Shown here in pieces: positions 18,233-28,300 of a stretch of DNA of 64,000 nt. The notes below the pieces were generated by a model. It worked only from the letters and a program-made list of their open reading frames with translations. It ran no database searches and had not been told where the DNA came from. The stretch is from NCBI GenBank assembly GCA_947474715.1, contig CANJJT010000006.1, positions 12,588 to 76,587 on the forward strand, written 5' to 3'. Position 1 is the stretch's first letter. Every line of letters begins with the position of its first letter. Made by a program: the position numbers and the translations under genes. Origin of the DNA: Betaproteobacteria bacterium (GTDB lineage Bacteria; Pseudomonadota; Gammaproteobacteria; Burkholderiales; SG8-39).

Positions 18233-19159
18233 ATGCAACAGCAAAGTGACGGGAAAACTACGATGCAGGTGGATGCAGCAGGTCATCAGGAGCGGGGCCG
18301 ACAGGGGGGCGGCGCATTGTATGTGGTGGCCACTCCCATCGGTAACCTCGATGACTTCAGCCTGCGCGCCATCGCCACGCTGCGCCAGGTTGCGCTGATT
18401 GCCGCGGAAGACACGCGCATGAGTGCGCGCCTGCTGGACCGGCATGGCATTGCCACGCGCATGCTGTCACTGCACGAACACAATGAGCGCCGCCGCGCGG
18501 AGGAGATCATCTCGCGCCTGGGGCAGGGCGAGGACATCGCGCTGATCAGCGATGCCGGTACGCCGGCGGTATCCGACCCCGGCGCACTGCTGGTGGCCGA
18601 GGTGCATCGCGCCGGACATCGCGTGATTCCGGTGCCTGGGGCAAGCGCGCTGATCGCCGCACTGTCGGTGTCGGGATTCCCCGGCCCCTTTCATTTCACC
18701 GGTTTCCTGCCGGAGCGCGGCGCGGCACGGCGTAAGGCCATCGCCGCCCTGGCCAAGCTGGAATGCACACTGGCCTTCTATGAGGCGCCGCATCGGGTGG
18801 TGGAGTGCGTGGCCGATCTGGCGGCGGGCCTGCCGGGTGAGCGCGAGATCGTGATCGCCCGCGAAATGACCAAGCTGTTTGAGACCGTGCACCGAGGCCC
18901 TCTCGCCGAGGCACTGGCATGGCTGGAGGCCGATTCCGACCGGCGGCGCGGCGAATTCGTGCTGCTGGTATCCGCCGGTGGCGCTGCCGCAGCCAGCCTC
19001 ACGGTCGACAGCGATGCCGTGCTGAAGGCCCTGCTGGCGCAACTGCCGTTGGCGCAGAGCGTGAAACTGGCCTGTGCCATCACCGGACTGCGGCGCGGTG
19101 AACTCTACCCCAGGGCGCTGGAGCTGGCGGGTGAAAAACTGGTGCGCGGTACACCCTGA
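18233..19159 (+). CDS. rsmI: 16S rRNA (cytidine1402-2'-O)-methyltransferase RsmI
   Basis: LYVVATPIGNLDDFSLRAIATLRQVALIAAEDTR tetrapyrrole-methylase-like RsmI N-terminus. The start is at ATG 18233 or 18263. Confidence 0.9.
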   Translation: MQQQSDGKTTMQVDAAGHQERGRQGGGALYVVATPIGNLDDFSLRAIATLRQVALIAAEDTRMSARLLDRHGIATRMLSLHEHNERRRAEEIISRLGQGEDIALISDAGTPAVSDPGALLVAEVHRAGHRVIPVPGASALIAALSVSGFPGPFHFTGFLPERGAARRKAIAALAKLECTLAFYEAPHRVVECVADLAAGLPGEREIVIAREMTKLFETVHRGPLAEALAWLEADSDRRRGEFVLLVSAGGAAAASLTVDSDAVLKALLAQLPLAQSVKLACAITGLRRGELYPRALELAGEKLVRGTP

Positions 19160-19361
19160 ATCGGTGCACGCAAGCAGCCGCGGGGCCGTGCTAAATTCCT
19201 CCGGTCTGACCATTGGGTTGATCGGGTGCAAGGGTTCATCCATGATGGCAGCACAATAGAAAAAAGCCGGCAGTCAAGAAAGGGCCGGCAGTCGCCCATC
19301 ACGGGCCAGCCGGCAGACTCAGGCAAGCAAGCTTCCCGTCTGCAGTCCAAAGGAGGAATAC

Positions 19362-20336
19362 ATGAAGCTTTCATTCCGCAAGTCGCTCTGCCTGCTCGCC
19401 GCAGGCCTGGGCATCACGGGGCCGGCAGCCGCGCAGACGGACTTCCCTGCCAAACCGCTGCGGCTGGTCATCCCCTTTGCCCCGGGCGGCTCGGCTGACC
19501 TGGCGGCCCGCGTGCTGGGCCAGAAGATGGGCGAATTCCTCGGCCAGCCGGTGGTGAGCGAGAACCGCGCCGGGGCCAACAGCAATCTGGGCGCCGAAGC
19601 CGTGGCCAAGTCGGCGCCGGATGGTTACACCATGCTCTACAACACCTCGGGCGTGGTGTTCAACATGTCGCTGTATGACAACCCGGGCTATGACCTCATG
19701 CGCGATTTTTCGCCGGTTGCCCTGACCGCCACGGTGCCGCAGATCCTGGTGGTGAACCCCTCCCTGCCGGTGAAGAACCTGCGTGAGTTCATCGCCTACG
19801 TGAAAGCCAATTCCGGCAAGCTCAACTACCCGTCGGTGGGGCAGGGCAACATCGGTCACCTCACCACCGAAATGTTCCTCGCCGCCAACGGCGCCACCGC
19901 CGTGCATGTGTCCTACAACGGCAGCGCCCAGGCTTATGTCGATCTCATCTCGGGGCGCACCCAGTTCTATTTCGGTACGGTCAGCGCTTCGATGGGCCAC
20001 GTGAAGGACAAGCGCCTGCAGGCCATCGCCGTCACCAGCATGGAGCGGACCAAATCGCATCCGGACATTCCCACCATGAATGAGTCGGGCATGCCCCGGT
20101 TCGAGGCGGGGGCCTGGCAGGGCATGCTGGTGCCGGCCCGCACCCCGGCTGCGGTGATCGACCGCCTCAATGCCGATGTCAACAAGGCTTTGAAGAGTCC
20201 GGACCTGTTGAAGCAGTTCGATGCCCAGGGCACGCAGGCGCTGGGCTCGACGCCGCAGCAGTATGGTGCCTACCTGAAGTCGGAACTGGACCGCTGGGGC
20301 AAGATCATCCGTGACCTCAAGCTGACCATCAATTGA
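19362..20336 (+). CDS. Bug family (TctC-like) substrate-binding protein
   Basis: FPAKPLRLVIPFAPGGSAD...NRAGANSNLG...VHVSYNGSAQA motifs, with an SD of aaaggagg. Confidence 0.9.
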   Translation: MKLSFRKSLCLLAAGLGITGPAAAQTDFPAKPLRLVIPFAPGGSADLAARVLGQKMGEFLGQPVVSENRAGANSNLGAEAVAKSAPDGYTMLYNTSGVVFNMSLYDNPGYDLMRDFSPVALTATVPQILVVNPSLPVKNLREFIAYVKANSGKLNYPSVGQGNIGHLTTEMFLAANGATAVHVSYNGSAQAYVDLISGRTQFYFGTVSASMGHVKDKRLQAIAVTSMERTKSHPDIPTMNESGMPRFEAGAWQGMLVPARTPAAVIDRLNADVNKALKSPDLLKQFDAQGTQALGSTPQQYGAYLKSELDRWGKIIRDLKLTIN

Positions 20337-20381
20337 ACCGACGCACTGAACCGACGCACTGAACCGACGCACTGAACCGAA
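20334..20381. repeat. 13-bp tandem repeat TGAACCGACGCAC x3 plus a partial unit
   Basis: Direct reading. The first unit begins with the TGA stop of the Bug gene, and the array ends 14 nt before the cupin-rubredoxin ATG. Confidence 0.9.
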
Positions 20382-20394
20382 CGAGGAGCGCAAC

Positions 20395-21321
20395 ATGCCG
20401 GAAATCGTATCCACCTCGGACAAGCCGTGGAAGCACTATTCGACCAAGATGGGCGGCAGTTACCGACGCATGCAGCTGATCGACCATCCGCCGGAGCTGC
20501 TCGATGCACCCGAGGCCTTCATCATCGAGGGCGATCCGGGGCGCCAGCTGCCGACGCATTTTCATGACGTCGACCAGTTCCAGATCATCACCAGCGGCAC
20601 TGGCACCGTGGGCCGGCATGGCCTGGCCCCGCGGGGCGTGCACTTCGCGCGCGCCTACACGCCCTATGGACCCATCGTCTCCGGCGAGGAGGGCCTGGGC
20701 TACCTCACCCTGCGGGCGAAGCGTGATCCGCTGCTCGCCCAGTACGTGCCGGCGTGCCGTGACAAGCTGAAGGCCATCCCCGATCGCGCCCCGTGGCAGC
20801 ACACGGCCATGCCGGCCTTTCCGACATTGCGGCCCGGCGAGTCACAGGCCGTCAACGCGGTGCCCGGGCTGGAGGATGGTGGCGGGCTGTTCGTGCACGC
20901 CGTGACCCTGGCCCCTGGTGCCAGCATGCGTGCGCCGGATCCCTCTGTCGGGGGCGGGCAGTTCATCGTCGGCCTCAAGGGCGGGCTGGTGCAGCAAGGC
21001 AGGCTGCGCGAAGCCATCGTGGTGGTGTTCGTGGCGAACCATGAACCGGCCTTCGAACTGCAGGCCGGCCCGCAAGGGCTGGAGGTGCTGATGTTCGGTT
21101 TTCCTCGCAGCCGTGCCCTGGCCGTGCCGGCGAAGGCCGCAGCGACCCGGGAGGAACTGAAGACCTGGCAGTGTGCACTGTGCGCGTTTGTCTACGATGA
21201 GGCGGCCGGACTGCCTGAGGAAGGTATCGCAGCGGGGACGCGCTGGGCGGATGTGCCGGCGAGTTGGGGGTGTCCGGATTGTTCGGCGATGAAGGCGGAT
21301 TTCGAGATGGTGGAGATCTGA
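20395..21321 (+). CDS. cupin-like protein fused to a C-terminal rubredoxin domain
   Basis: The N-terminal part has the cupin metal motif [17 protein letters not shown]. The C-terminal ~50 aa carry both rubredoxin knuckles, WQCALC and WGCPDC (..[17 protein letters not shown]..). Confidence 0.75.
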   Translation: MPEIVSTSDKPWKHYSTKMGGSYRRMQLIDHPPELLDAPEAFIIEGDPGRQLPTHFHDVDQFQIITSGTGTVGRHGLAPRGVHFARAYTPYGPIVSGEEGLGYLTLRAKRDPLLAQYVPACRDKLKAIPDRAPWQHTAMPAFPTLRPGESQAVNAVPGLEDGGGLFVHAVTLAPGASMRAPDPSVGGGQFIVGLKGGLVQQGRLREAIVVVFVANHEPAFELQAGPQGLEVLMFGFPRSRALAVPAKAAATREELKTWQCALCAFVYDEAAGLPEEGIAAGTRWADVPASWGCPDCSAMKADFEMVEI

Positions 21322-21370
21322 TTCGTTCTTGCGTGCAGCAAGCACGAGGGTGAGTGGCGGACAGCCAGTG

Positions 21371-22016
21371 CATTGTCATTGTTTCGGCTATCGGCGAGTT
21401 TTTGGGTATTCGGGGCATTGTTTCGCCCTATCGGTCGAGTTCCTTACTTATTGGTCCATTGTTTCGCCTTTCGGCGAGTGACTTTCTTTGCTTCGCCAAA
21501 GAAAGTCACCAAAGAAAGGCGACCCCGGAGGGGACGGCCCTTCCGCTTCGCTACAGGGCTGCCCTACGATGCTCGCGTCCCTCATTTACGAAAATGCGGG
21601 CGCCTGCGGAACTCGCAAAGACCGGAGAAGCCGGTCTTTGCTCAGACAGTCCTCGGCGACATCCCCTCAGGACGCTGCGCTTCTCGGCGTCCCCAACGGG
21701 GGCCCCAAAGGCGAACACACCGAGGGGATGCGATGGCATTTGCCCCCTGCATGCCATCGGTTTTGACCTGCCGGTGTTGGGGCCCCTTAAGCGTCGCCGA
21801 GGAGCGGAGCTGCGGACGGGGGCTGTCGGCGAGGACTGTCTGAGCCCGGACCAGTTTCATCGGGCCGGGCGAGTTCCGCAGCCGCCCGGCCGCAGTGAGC
21901 ACCGCAGGGCATTCCGTAGCGAAGCGGAGGAACGATGCGCCGGGGTGCCCTTTTCTTTGGTACCTTTCTTTTGGGGGCAAGCAAAAGAAAGGTACTCGCC
22001 CGAAAGGGCGAAATGA
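21371..22016. repeat. composite interspersed-repeat region: hairpin units plus two ~220-bp diverged arms in inverted orientation
   Basis: Three direct cattgtttcgSc..tcggYgagt units (21377, 21416, 21457) and one inverted (21994-22015). Arms at ~21480-21705 and ~21779-21995 are reverse complements of each other with many mismatches. Terminal hairpins gactttctttg/caaagaaagtc and gtacctttctttt/aaaagaaaggtac. Confidence 0.8.
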
Positions 22017-22168
22017 TCCCCACTGAAACAGAAAACTAACTCGCTGGCAGACGAAGGAATTCTTCAGAAAGCTGCAGGAAGCGGCGCACCCGACAGCGCA
22101 AAGTAAAAACTCAATAAACCTCGCGTGTCCAAAATGAAGAAGCAAAAAAACACCTATCATTACACCCC

Positions 22169-23209
22169 ATGGACACCCAAACCCTCACCCTCACCACCCC
22201 CGATGACTGGCACCTCCACCTGCGCGACGGCGATGCGCTGCAGGCAGTGCTGGCCCATACCGCCCGGCAGTTCGCCCGCGCCATCGTCATGCCCAACCTC
22301 AAGCCACCGGTCACCACGGTGCAGCAGGCCGAGGCTTATCGCGACCGCATCCTGGCCGCGCGGCCGGCGGGCTCGTGTTTTGAGCCGCTGATGACCTTGT
22401 ACCTGACCGACCTCACTTCGCCCGCCGAGATTGCCGCGGCGAAGGCGAGCGGTTTCGTGCATGCGGTGAAGTACTACCCGGCCGGCGCCACCACCAATTC
22501 CGATGCCGGGGTGACGCAGATCGACAAGGCCTTCGGCACGCTCGAGGCCATGGAAAAGCACGGCTTGCCGCTCTTGGTGCATGGCGAATCCACGGCGCCC
22601 GAGGTGGATGTCTTTGATCGTGAAAAGGCCTTCATCGACAGCACGCTGACGCAGATACGCGCGCGCTTTCCGGCGCTGCGCCTGGTGTTCGAGCACATCA
22701 CCACGCGTGAGGCGGCAGCGTACGTGGCCGAAGCGCCCGCCAATGTCGCGGCGACCATCACGCCGCAGCACCTGCTGTTCAACCGCAATGCCATTTTCCA
22801 GGGCGGCATACGCCCGCACTATTACTGCCTGCCGGTGCTCAAGCGCGAGGTGCATCGCGTCGCCCTGGTCGCGGCGGCCACCAGCGGCAGCCCGAAATTC
22901 TTCCTCGGCACCGACAGCGCGCCACACGCGAAGAACCTGAAGGAACATGCCTGCGGCTGCGCCGGCTGTTTCAATGCGCATGCCGCGCTGGAACTGTATG
23001 CCGAGGCGTTCGAAGCGGCGGGTGCATTGGACAAGCTGGAAGGTTTCGCCAGCTTTCACGGGCCGGATTTCTACCGGTTGCCGCGCAACACCGGCACGGT
23101 GACCCTGCGTCGGGAGAGCTGGACACCACCGACCCAATACGCCTTCGGCGGCGAAACCCTGGTGCCCCTGCGTGCCGGTGAGGCCCTGCGTTGGCGCCAC
23201 GTCACCTGA
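22169..23209 (+). CDS. pyrC: dihydroorotase (homodimeric type)
   Basis: [11 protein letters not shown] and MPNLKPP motifs, about 346 aa. Confidence 0.9.
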   Translation: MDTQTLTLTTPDDWHLHLRDGDALQAVLAHTARQFARAIVMPNLKPPVTTVQQAEAYRDRILAARPAGSCFEPLMTLYLTDLTSPAEIAAAKASGFVHAVKYYPAGATTNSDAGVTQIDKAFGTLEAMEKHGLPLLVHGESTAPEVDVFDREKAFIDSTLTQIRARFPALRLVFEHITTREAAAYVAEAPANVAATITPQHLLFNRNAIFQGGIRPHYYCLPVLKREVHRVALVAAATSGSPKFFLGTDSAPHAKNLKEHACGCAGCFNAHAALELYAEAFEAAGALDKLEGFASFHGPDFYRLPRNTGTVTLRRESWTPPTQYAFGGETLVPLRAGEALRWRHVT

Positions 23210-23240
23210 TCCGTGCCTGAAGGGCCTGTGCGCAGCCGGC

Positions 23241-24032
23241 ATGGATGAATCGCCCTGGAAAGAGCGGCTGGCATCCCCGGCGCAGGACTGGATGCAGCCC
23301 TGGGTGGCGCGATTGCCCGGGCACTTCCCCACGTGCGACGACCTCAATGCATTGCTCGATGCGCGCGAGCACCATACCGCCTCGGACCATGCCGTGCGCT
23401 TTGTTGCCGCAGATGCCCTGCCGGCACTGGAGGGTTATGAAGCCCAGGTGCATGCCAGCGGTGAGGTGCCCACGCGCGCGCAAAGCTGGCACGACCTCTT
23501 CAATGCGCTGGCCTGGCTGGCCTTCCCGCGCACCAAGCGCCGCATCAATGCCCTGCACCTGCAGCATTTGAACGAGGCGGCAGGCGGGCGCCGTGGCACG
23601 GCGCGGGATGTGCTGACGCTGCTCGACGAAAGCGGCGTGCTGGTCGCCTGCGCCGATGAATCGCTCGCCGAACTGCTGCGCGGCTTCCAGTGGCAGTCGC
23701 TGTTCCAGGCGCGTCGTGCCGATGTCCTGGCCGGCATGCGCTTCGTGGTGTTCGGCCACGCGCTGCAGGAGCAGGCGCTCAATCCCCGTCCGGGCATCAC
23801 CGGCAAGGCCCTGTTCATCCACTGCAGTCAGGCGTCGCTGTCTGAGCCTTTGCCTGCACTGCTCGACCGGCTGGATGCCGGCACGGCCTCGCTGCTCGAA
23901 GAACCCGGGCTGCTGGCCAGCACGCGATCACTGGCACCGCTGCCGCTGCTCGGTATCCCCGGCTGGGATGCGGCCAGTGAATGCGACAGTTACTACGACA
24001 ATCGCGCGGTGTTCCGCCCCGGCCGGCGATGA
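23241..24032 (+). CDS. DUF3025 domain-containing protein
   Basis: WHDLFNALAWLAFPRTKRRINALH region recalled as DUF3025. ATG at 23241. A position downstream of pyrC is common in Burkholderiales. Confidence 0.6.
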   Translation: MDESPWKERLASPAQDWMQPWVARLPGHFPTCDDLNALLDAREHHTASDHAVRFVAADALPALEGYEAQVHASGEVPTRAQSWHDLFNALAWLAFPRTKRRINALHLQHLNEAAGGRRGTARDVLTLLDESGVLVACADESLAELLRGFQWQSLFQARRADVLAGMRFVVFGHALQEQALNPRPGITGKALFIHCSQASLSEPLPALLDRLDAGTASLLEEPGLLASTRSLAPLPLLGIPGWDAASECDSYYDNRAVFRPGRR

Positions 24033-24074
24033 AAGCGGCGGCCGGAGCCGGCTTACGCCTTACAATGACTGCGT

Positions 24075-24465
24075 GAAGTCAGCCGGACGGTCGCTGCATG
24101 ACTCGTTCATGTGGAGGAAAGTCCGGGCTCCGCAGAGCAGGGTGCTGGGTAACGCCCAGACGCTATAAGCCGGTGGCAACACCGGCCCAAGGCGATGACA
24201 GGGCAACAGAGAGTAGACCGCCGATGGCCATGCAAATGGATCAGGCAAGGGTGAAACGGTGCGGTAAGAGCGCACCGCGGACGTGGGAACACGGACGGCA
24301 CGGTAACCTCCACCCGGAGCAACACCAAATAGGCGGATGATGACGCGGCTCGCCGAGTCCGCGGGTAGGTGGCTAGAGCCCGGAGGCAACTCCGGGCCCA
24401 GAGGAATGATCGTCACGGTGTCCGCAAGGGTGCCGACAGAACCCGGCTTACAGGCTGACTTCACA
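24075..24465 (+). ncRNA. rnpB: RNase P RNA (bacterial type A)
   Basis: Universal core GGAGGAAAGTCCGGGCTCC...CAGGGTGCTGGGTAACGCCCAG...GGTAAGAGCGCACCG...ACAGAACCCGGCTTA. The 5' GAAGTCAGCC pairs with the 3' GGCTGACTTC (P1). Ends are approximate to within a few nt. Confidence 0.95.
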
Positions 24466-24797
24466 GTTTCATCGAATCGGATAATGTTGCACCGCAGCGT
24501 GTCATTTCGCGCGGCCGATTCGTGTGTCTCCCCCCGCGCCGGGACGCACCATTGCGAGGCGGTGTGCCCAATTCTGGCGTGCCCAGCCGCGTTTTTTCCT
24601 GTTGTTTTCGAGTGCCTCCTGCGGGTGCATGCCATTCGTTCGGTCGGCCCGGACTCCCGAGCCCCGGCTTGAAACGCATGGCATTCCCCTTGCTAATCAG
24701 GCAAGGGCCGGAAGTCCTCAGTGTTCCTTTCCAGTGCTGCCGCCCCCTGCGGGTGGTGCGGTGCAGCGACCAGGGAGAGGCCAGATGGGATGCCCGC

Positions 24798-25802
24798 ATG
24801 GAGAACGCCATGAATTTCGCACCCTTGATACGCGCCATTGCTGGGGTTGAAGCGGATGCATCACCGCTTCCTGTCCAGGAGATCCGGCAATTGTTCGCCG
24901 CCATGCTGGAAGGCGGACTGCCCGACCTGGAAATGGGCGCGCTGCTGGTGGCCATGGGCACCGGGACGCTGCCGCAGTGGGCCTTGTTGGGATTCGACGC
25001 CGCCCTGGCCGACAACGTGCTGCAACTGATGCCGCCGGTGTGCGACCGCGATGGCGCAAGGCCGGTGGTGATTCCAGCCTACGGTGGTGCGCGCACGCAG
25101 CACAATCTCACGCCACTGCTGGCACTGCTGTTGCAGCGTCTGCGGGTGCCGGTGCTGGTGCATGGCACCCTGGAAGGGCACGGTCGCGCGGCCACCGCCT
25201 ATGTCTTTCGCGAACTGGGCATCATGCCCTGCCTGACGCTGGGTCGTGCGCAAGCGGCACTGGACAATGAGGGCCTGGCCTTTGTGCCCACCGGGGTGTT
25301 ATCGCCGGGGCTGGCAAGCCTGCTATCCCTGCGCCATCGTATCGGTGTGACCGGCGTGGTCCCGGCCATGGCCTTGTTGATCGATCCCTTCCTGGGCAAG
25401 AGCATGCGGCTGGTGAGCGCGGCGCCCGGAGTGGAGCTGGAGATGCTGCGTGATCTGCTGCTCGCCTCCGGGCAGGATGCGCTGGTGATGGCCGGTACCG
25501 AGGGCGAAGCCTTTGCCAACCCGCGGCGTCGGCCGCGCATGGAACTGGTGAGTGACGGTGCTTCGCTCATGCTGTTCGACCAGGAAGCGCCGCATGATCA
25601 TGTCGGCAACGACGTCGCGTTCGATGTCAGTCCCAGGGCTACTGCAGCAGTGATCCGGCAGATGCTCGATGCGCCGGCTTCGGTGCCGGCGCCGATTTCC
25701 CACCAGCTGGCTTGTTGTCTGTTTGCCGCCGGCCATGCGCAGGATTTCAACGAGGCCAAGGCCATCGTTGCCGTGCACATGCGCAGCCTTGCCGCTGCCT
25801 GA
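24798..25802 (+). CDS. TrpD2/YbiB-like protein (glycosyl transferase family 3, anthranilate phosphoribosyltransferase paralogue)
   Basis: The N-terminal helical domain (LFAAMLEGGLPDLEMGALLVAM) and PAYGGARTQHNLTPLLALLL resemble YbiB-type proteins. The start is at ATG 24798 or 24810. Confidence 0.6.
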   Translation: MENAMNFAPLIRAIAGVEADASPLPVQEIRQLFAAMLEGGLPDLEMGALLVAMGTGTLPQWALLGFDAALADNVLQLMPPVCDRDGARPVVIPAYGGARTQHNLTPLLALLLQRLRVPVLVHGTLEGHGRAATAYVFRELGIMPCLTLGRAQAALDNEGLAFVPTGVLSPGLASLLSLRHRIGVTGVVPAMALLIDPFLGKSMRLVSAAPGVELEMLRDLLLASGQDALVMAGTEGEAFANPRRRPRMELVSDGASLMLFDQEAPHDHVGNDVAFDVSPRATAAVIRQMLDAPASVPAPISHQLACCLFAAGHAQDFNEAKAIVAVHMRSLAAA

Positions 25803-25821
25803 GGGCGTGCTGGCCGGGCGG

Positions 25822-26841
25822 TCAGGCCGCCTCGATGGCCTGGATGTCACGCAACACCTGTTCCGGCCCGATCTCCTTCATGCAGCGCCAGTGGCCCAGC
25901 GGACACTCGCGCTTGAAACAGGGGCGGCAATCCAGGCCCTGGATTTCCACGATGCGTGCCTGTTCCGGCGCCGCCAGCGGCGGGGTGTGCCGGCTGTCGG
26001 ACGAGCCATAGATCGCAATCAGCGGCCGGCCGGTGGCGGCGGCCACGTGCATCAATCCGGAATCATTGCTCACCACCAGGGAGGCGGCCGCGATCAGGTC
26101 TATCGCCGAGGCGAGGTCGGTGCGCCCGCACAGGTTCAGCGCCGCGCCACCGGAAAGGGCGGCGATGGCCTCGCCCACCGGGGCGTCCTTGGGAGAGCCG
26201 ATCAGCCAGACCTGCCTGCCCTGGTCCGTCAGGCGGCGGGCCAGCGCTGCGTAGTGTTCTGCCGGCCAGCGCTTGGATGGGCCGAATTCCGCACCGGGGC
26301 AGAACACCACTACCGGTCGCTGGCGGCTGATGCCCAGGCGCGCCATGGTGATCAGCTGGTTGGTTTCATCCACGCGCAGGCGTACCACCTCCAGCGGACG
26401 TGTCACCGGCTCGCCCGGCGTTTCGGCCAGCTGGGCATAGCGTTCCGACATCAGGGGCAGGGCCTCGCGCTCGAGCTTGTGCAAGACATTGAGCAGGCCA
26501 TAGCGCGATTCGCCGACGTAACCCACGCGCAGGCGGATGTCGGCAAAGAAGGGGATGAGCGCCGACTTGAAGCTGTTGGGCAGCACGACCGCCTGGCTGT
26601 AGCCGCGCTCGCGCAGTGACTGCCCCAGGCGCCAGCGCTCCTTCAGCCTCAGTTCGCCATGGGCAAAGGGCGCATCCAGCACCTCATTGATCTCCGGCAT
26701 GCGTGCCAGCACCGGGCCGGTCCAGGGCGGTGCAAGCGCGTCGATGATCAGGTCGGGCAGGCGCCGGTGCAGCCGGGCGAACAGGGGCTGCGCGAGCAGT
26801 GCATCGCCGATCCAGTTGGGGGCAACCACGAGTACACGCAT
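25822..26841 (-). CDS. waaF: ADP-heptose--LPS heptosyltransferase II
   Basis: MRVLVVAPNWIGDALLAQPLF GT9 N-terminus, and SNDSGLMHVAAA near the C-terminus. Confidence 0.85.
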   Translation of the reverse strand: MRVLVVAPNWIGDALLAQPLFARLHRRLPDLIIDALAPPWTGPVLARMPEINEVLDAPFAHGELRLKERWRLGQSLRERGYSQAVVLPNSFKSALIPFFADIRLRVGYVGESRYGLLNVLHKLEREALPLMSERYAQLAETPGEPVTRPLEVVRLRVDETNQLITMARLGISRQRPVVVFCPGAEFGPSKRWPAEHYAALARRLTDQGRQVWLIGSPKDAPVGEAIAALSGGAALNLCGRTDLASAIDLIAAASLVVSNDSGLMHVAAATGRPLIAIYGSSDSRHTPPLAAPEQARIVEIQGLDCRPCFKRECPLGHWRCMKEIGPEQVLRDIQAIEAA

Positions 26842-26945
26842 GGGGGAACGCATCGTGGCGGGCCTCAGTTTCGCGCCAGACACGGCGTCAAGGCCGGGGC
26901 CTGATCAGGCCGGCTGGCCGGCACCGCAGGCTCGGCCACCAGGCT

Positions 26946-27155
26946 TCAGTGACCGGTGGGCAGTTCGCCCTTGAACACATAGTGAGTGCCGCAGTACGGG
27001 CACAGGATGTCGCCGGTCCTGGTGATCTCGAGGAAGACGCGGGGGTGCATGTTCCACAACGGCGTGGCCGGCGTGGGGCAGTGCAGCGGCAGGTCGGCCG
27101 CGGTGATTTCAACCGTGCTGGCTGCTCCGGCCACCGTCGTGGTGGACGTGCTCAT
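26946..27155 (-). CDS. small zinc-finger (CHCC-type) protein
   Basis: LHCP...CPYCG cysteine/histidine pattern. 4-nt ATGA overlap with the end of ilvE. Confidence 0.6.
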   Translation of the reverse strand: MSTSTTTVAGAASTVEITAADLPLHCPTPATPLWNMHPRVFLEITRTGDILCPYCGTHYVFKGELPTGH

Positions 27156-28123
27156 TTGCGGCCCCCGGCCTTCTTGGCACTTTTCTTTGCCGGCTTGGTC
27201 TTGCCCACCTGCGTGAGCCAGTGCTTGTACTTGGGTACCTTGCCGTTGACCACGTCGAAGAACAGCTTCTGGATCTTGGTGGTGATAGGTCCGCGCTTGC
27301 CGGCGCCGATGACCCGGCCATCCAGTTCCCGGATCGGTGTGATCTCCGCGGCGGTGCCGGAGAAGAAGGCCTCGTCGGCGATGTAGACGTCGTCGCGGGT
27401 CATGCGCTTGGAGATGACTTCGTAACCGAGGTCCTTCGCCAGGGTGATGATGGTGTCGCGCGTGATCCCCATCAGTGCCGAGGCAATTTCCGGCTCGTAG
27501 ATCTTGCCCTTCTTCACGATGAAGAGGTTCTCGCCCGCGCCCTCGGCAACGAAGCCGTCGACGTCGAGCAGCAGCGCCTCGTCGTAGCCATGCTCGGTGG
27601 CTTCCATGTTGGCCAGGATGGAGTTGGCGTAGGTGGCGGAAAACTTGGCGCGCGCCATGGTGACGTTGACATGGTGGCGTGCAAAGGAGGCGGTCTTCAC
27701 GCGGATGCCCTTTTCCAGGGCTTCGGGGCCGAGGTAGGCGCCCCAGGGCCAGGCGGCGATGGCCACATGCACCGACGCACCCTTGGGGGAGACCCCCATC
27801 TTCTCCGAGCCGTAGAAGGCGATCGGGCGGATGTAGCAGGAGTCCAGCTTGTTGGCGCGCACCACCTCGCAGTGCGCCTCCATCAGCGTCTTCATGTCAT
27901 AGGGCATCTTCATCAGGTAGATCTTGGCCGAATTGAACCAGCGCTCGGCGTGCTCCTCGAGGCGGAAGATGGCCGGGCCGCTGGCGGTCTTGTAGGTGCG
28001 CAGGCCCTCGAATACGGCCAGGCCGTAGTGCAGCGAATGGGTGAGGACGTGGATGTTGGCTTCACGCCAGGGCACCAGCTTGCCGTTGAACCAGATGAAG
28101 CCGTCACGATCGGCCATGGACAT
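27152..28123 (-). CDS. ilvE: branched-chain amino acid aminotransferase
   Basis: Class IV aminotransferase pattern ([21 protein letters not shown]). ATG at 28123 follows GGAG. Short Lys-rich C-terminal tail. Confidence 0.9.
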   Translation of the reverse strand: MSMADRDGFIWFNGKLVPWREANIHVLTHSLHYGLAVFEGLRTYKTASGPAIFRLEEHAERWFNSAKIYLMKMPYDMKTLMEAHCEVVRANKLDSCYIRPIAFYGSEKMGVSPKGASVHVAIAAWPWGAYLGPEALEKGIRVKTASFARHHVNVTMARAKFSATYANSILANMEATEHGYDEALLLDVDGFVAEGAGENLFIVKKGKIYEPEIASALMGITRDTIITLAKDLGYEVISKRMTRDDVYIADEAFFSGTAAEITPIRELDGRVIGAGKRGPITTKIQKLFFDVVNGKVPKYKHWLTQVGKTKPAKKSAKKAGGRK

Positions 28124-28300
28124 GGGAAATACTCCGGAAATATTGGGGCGACTCAATTCATGATTTTAACGGAAGTGGCTGTGGTCGCGGCCTGGCAGGC
28201 GCCCGGTTGATGGGGGCGGGCGGGCAACAGGGACGCGCCGCCCCGGGGGGTAAGATGCAATGCGGTGGATGTTCCGATGGATCAAGCGCAGGAGATGGCA

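Noticed and set aside
21377-21479. Possible CRISPR-like array (three ~23-nt repeats spaced ~40 bp)
   Set aside because: There are only three imperfect units, the repeats are themselves short hairpins, a fourth copy is inverted, the spacers are not unique-looking, and no cas genes are present. This is inconsistent with a CRISPR array.
21354-22160. ORFs 21354..22016 (+), 21373..21843 (+), 21488..21766 (+), 21551..21757 (-), 21642..22160 (-), 21787..22023 (-)
   Set aside because: All lie within the composite inverted repeat. The + and - strand translations resemble each other because the DNA arms are inverted copies, so they are treated as repeat-derived phantom ORFs.
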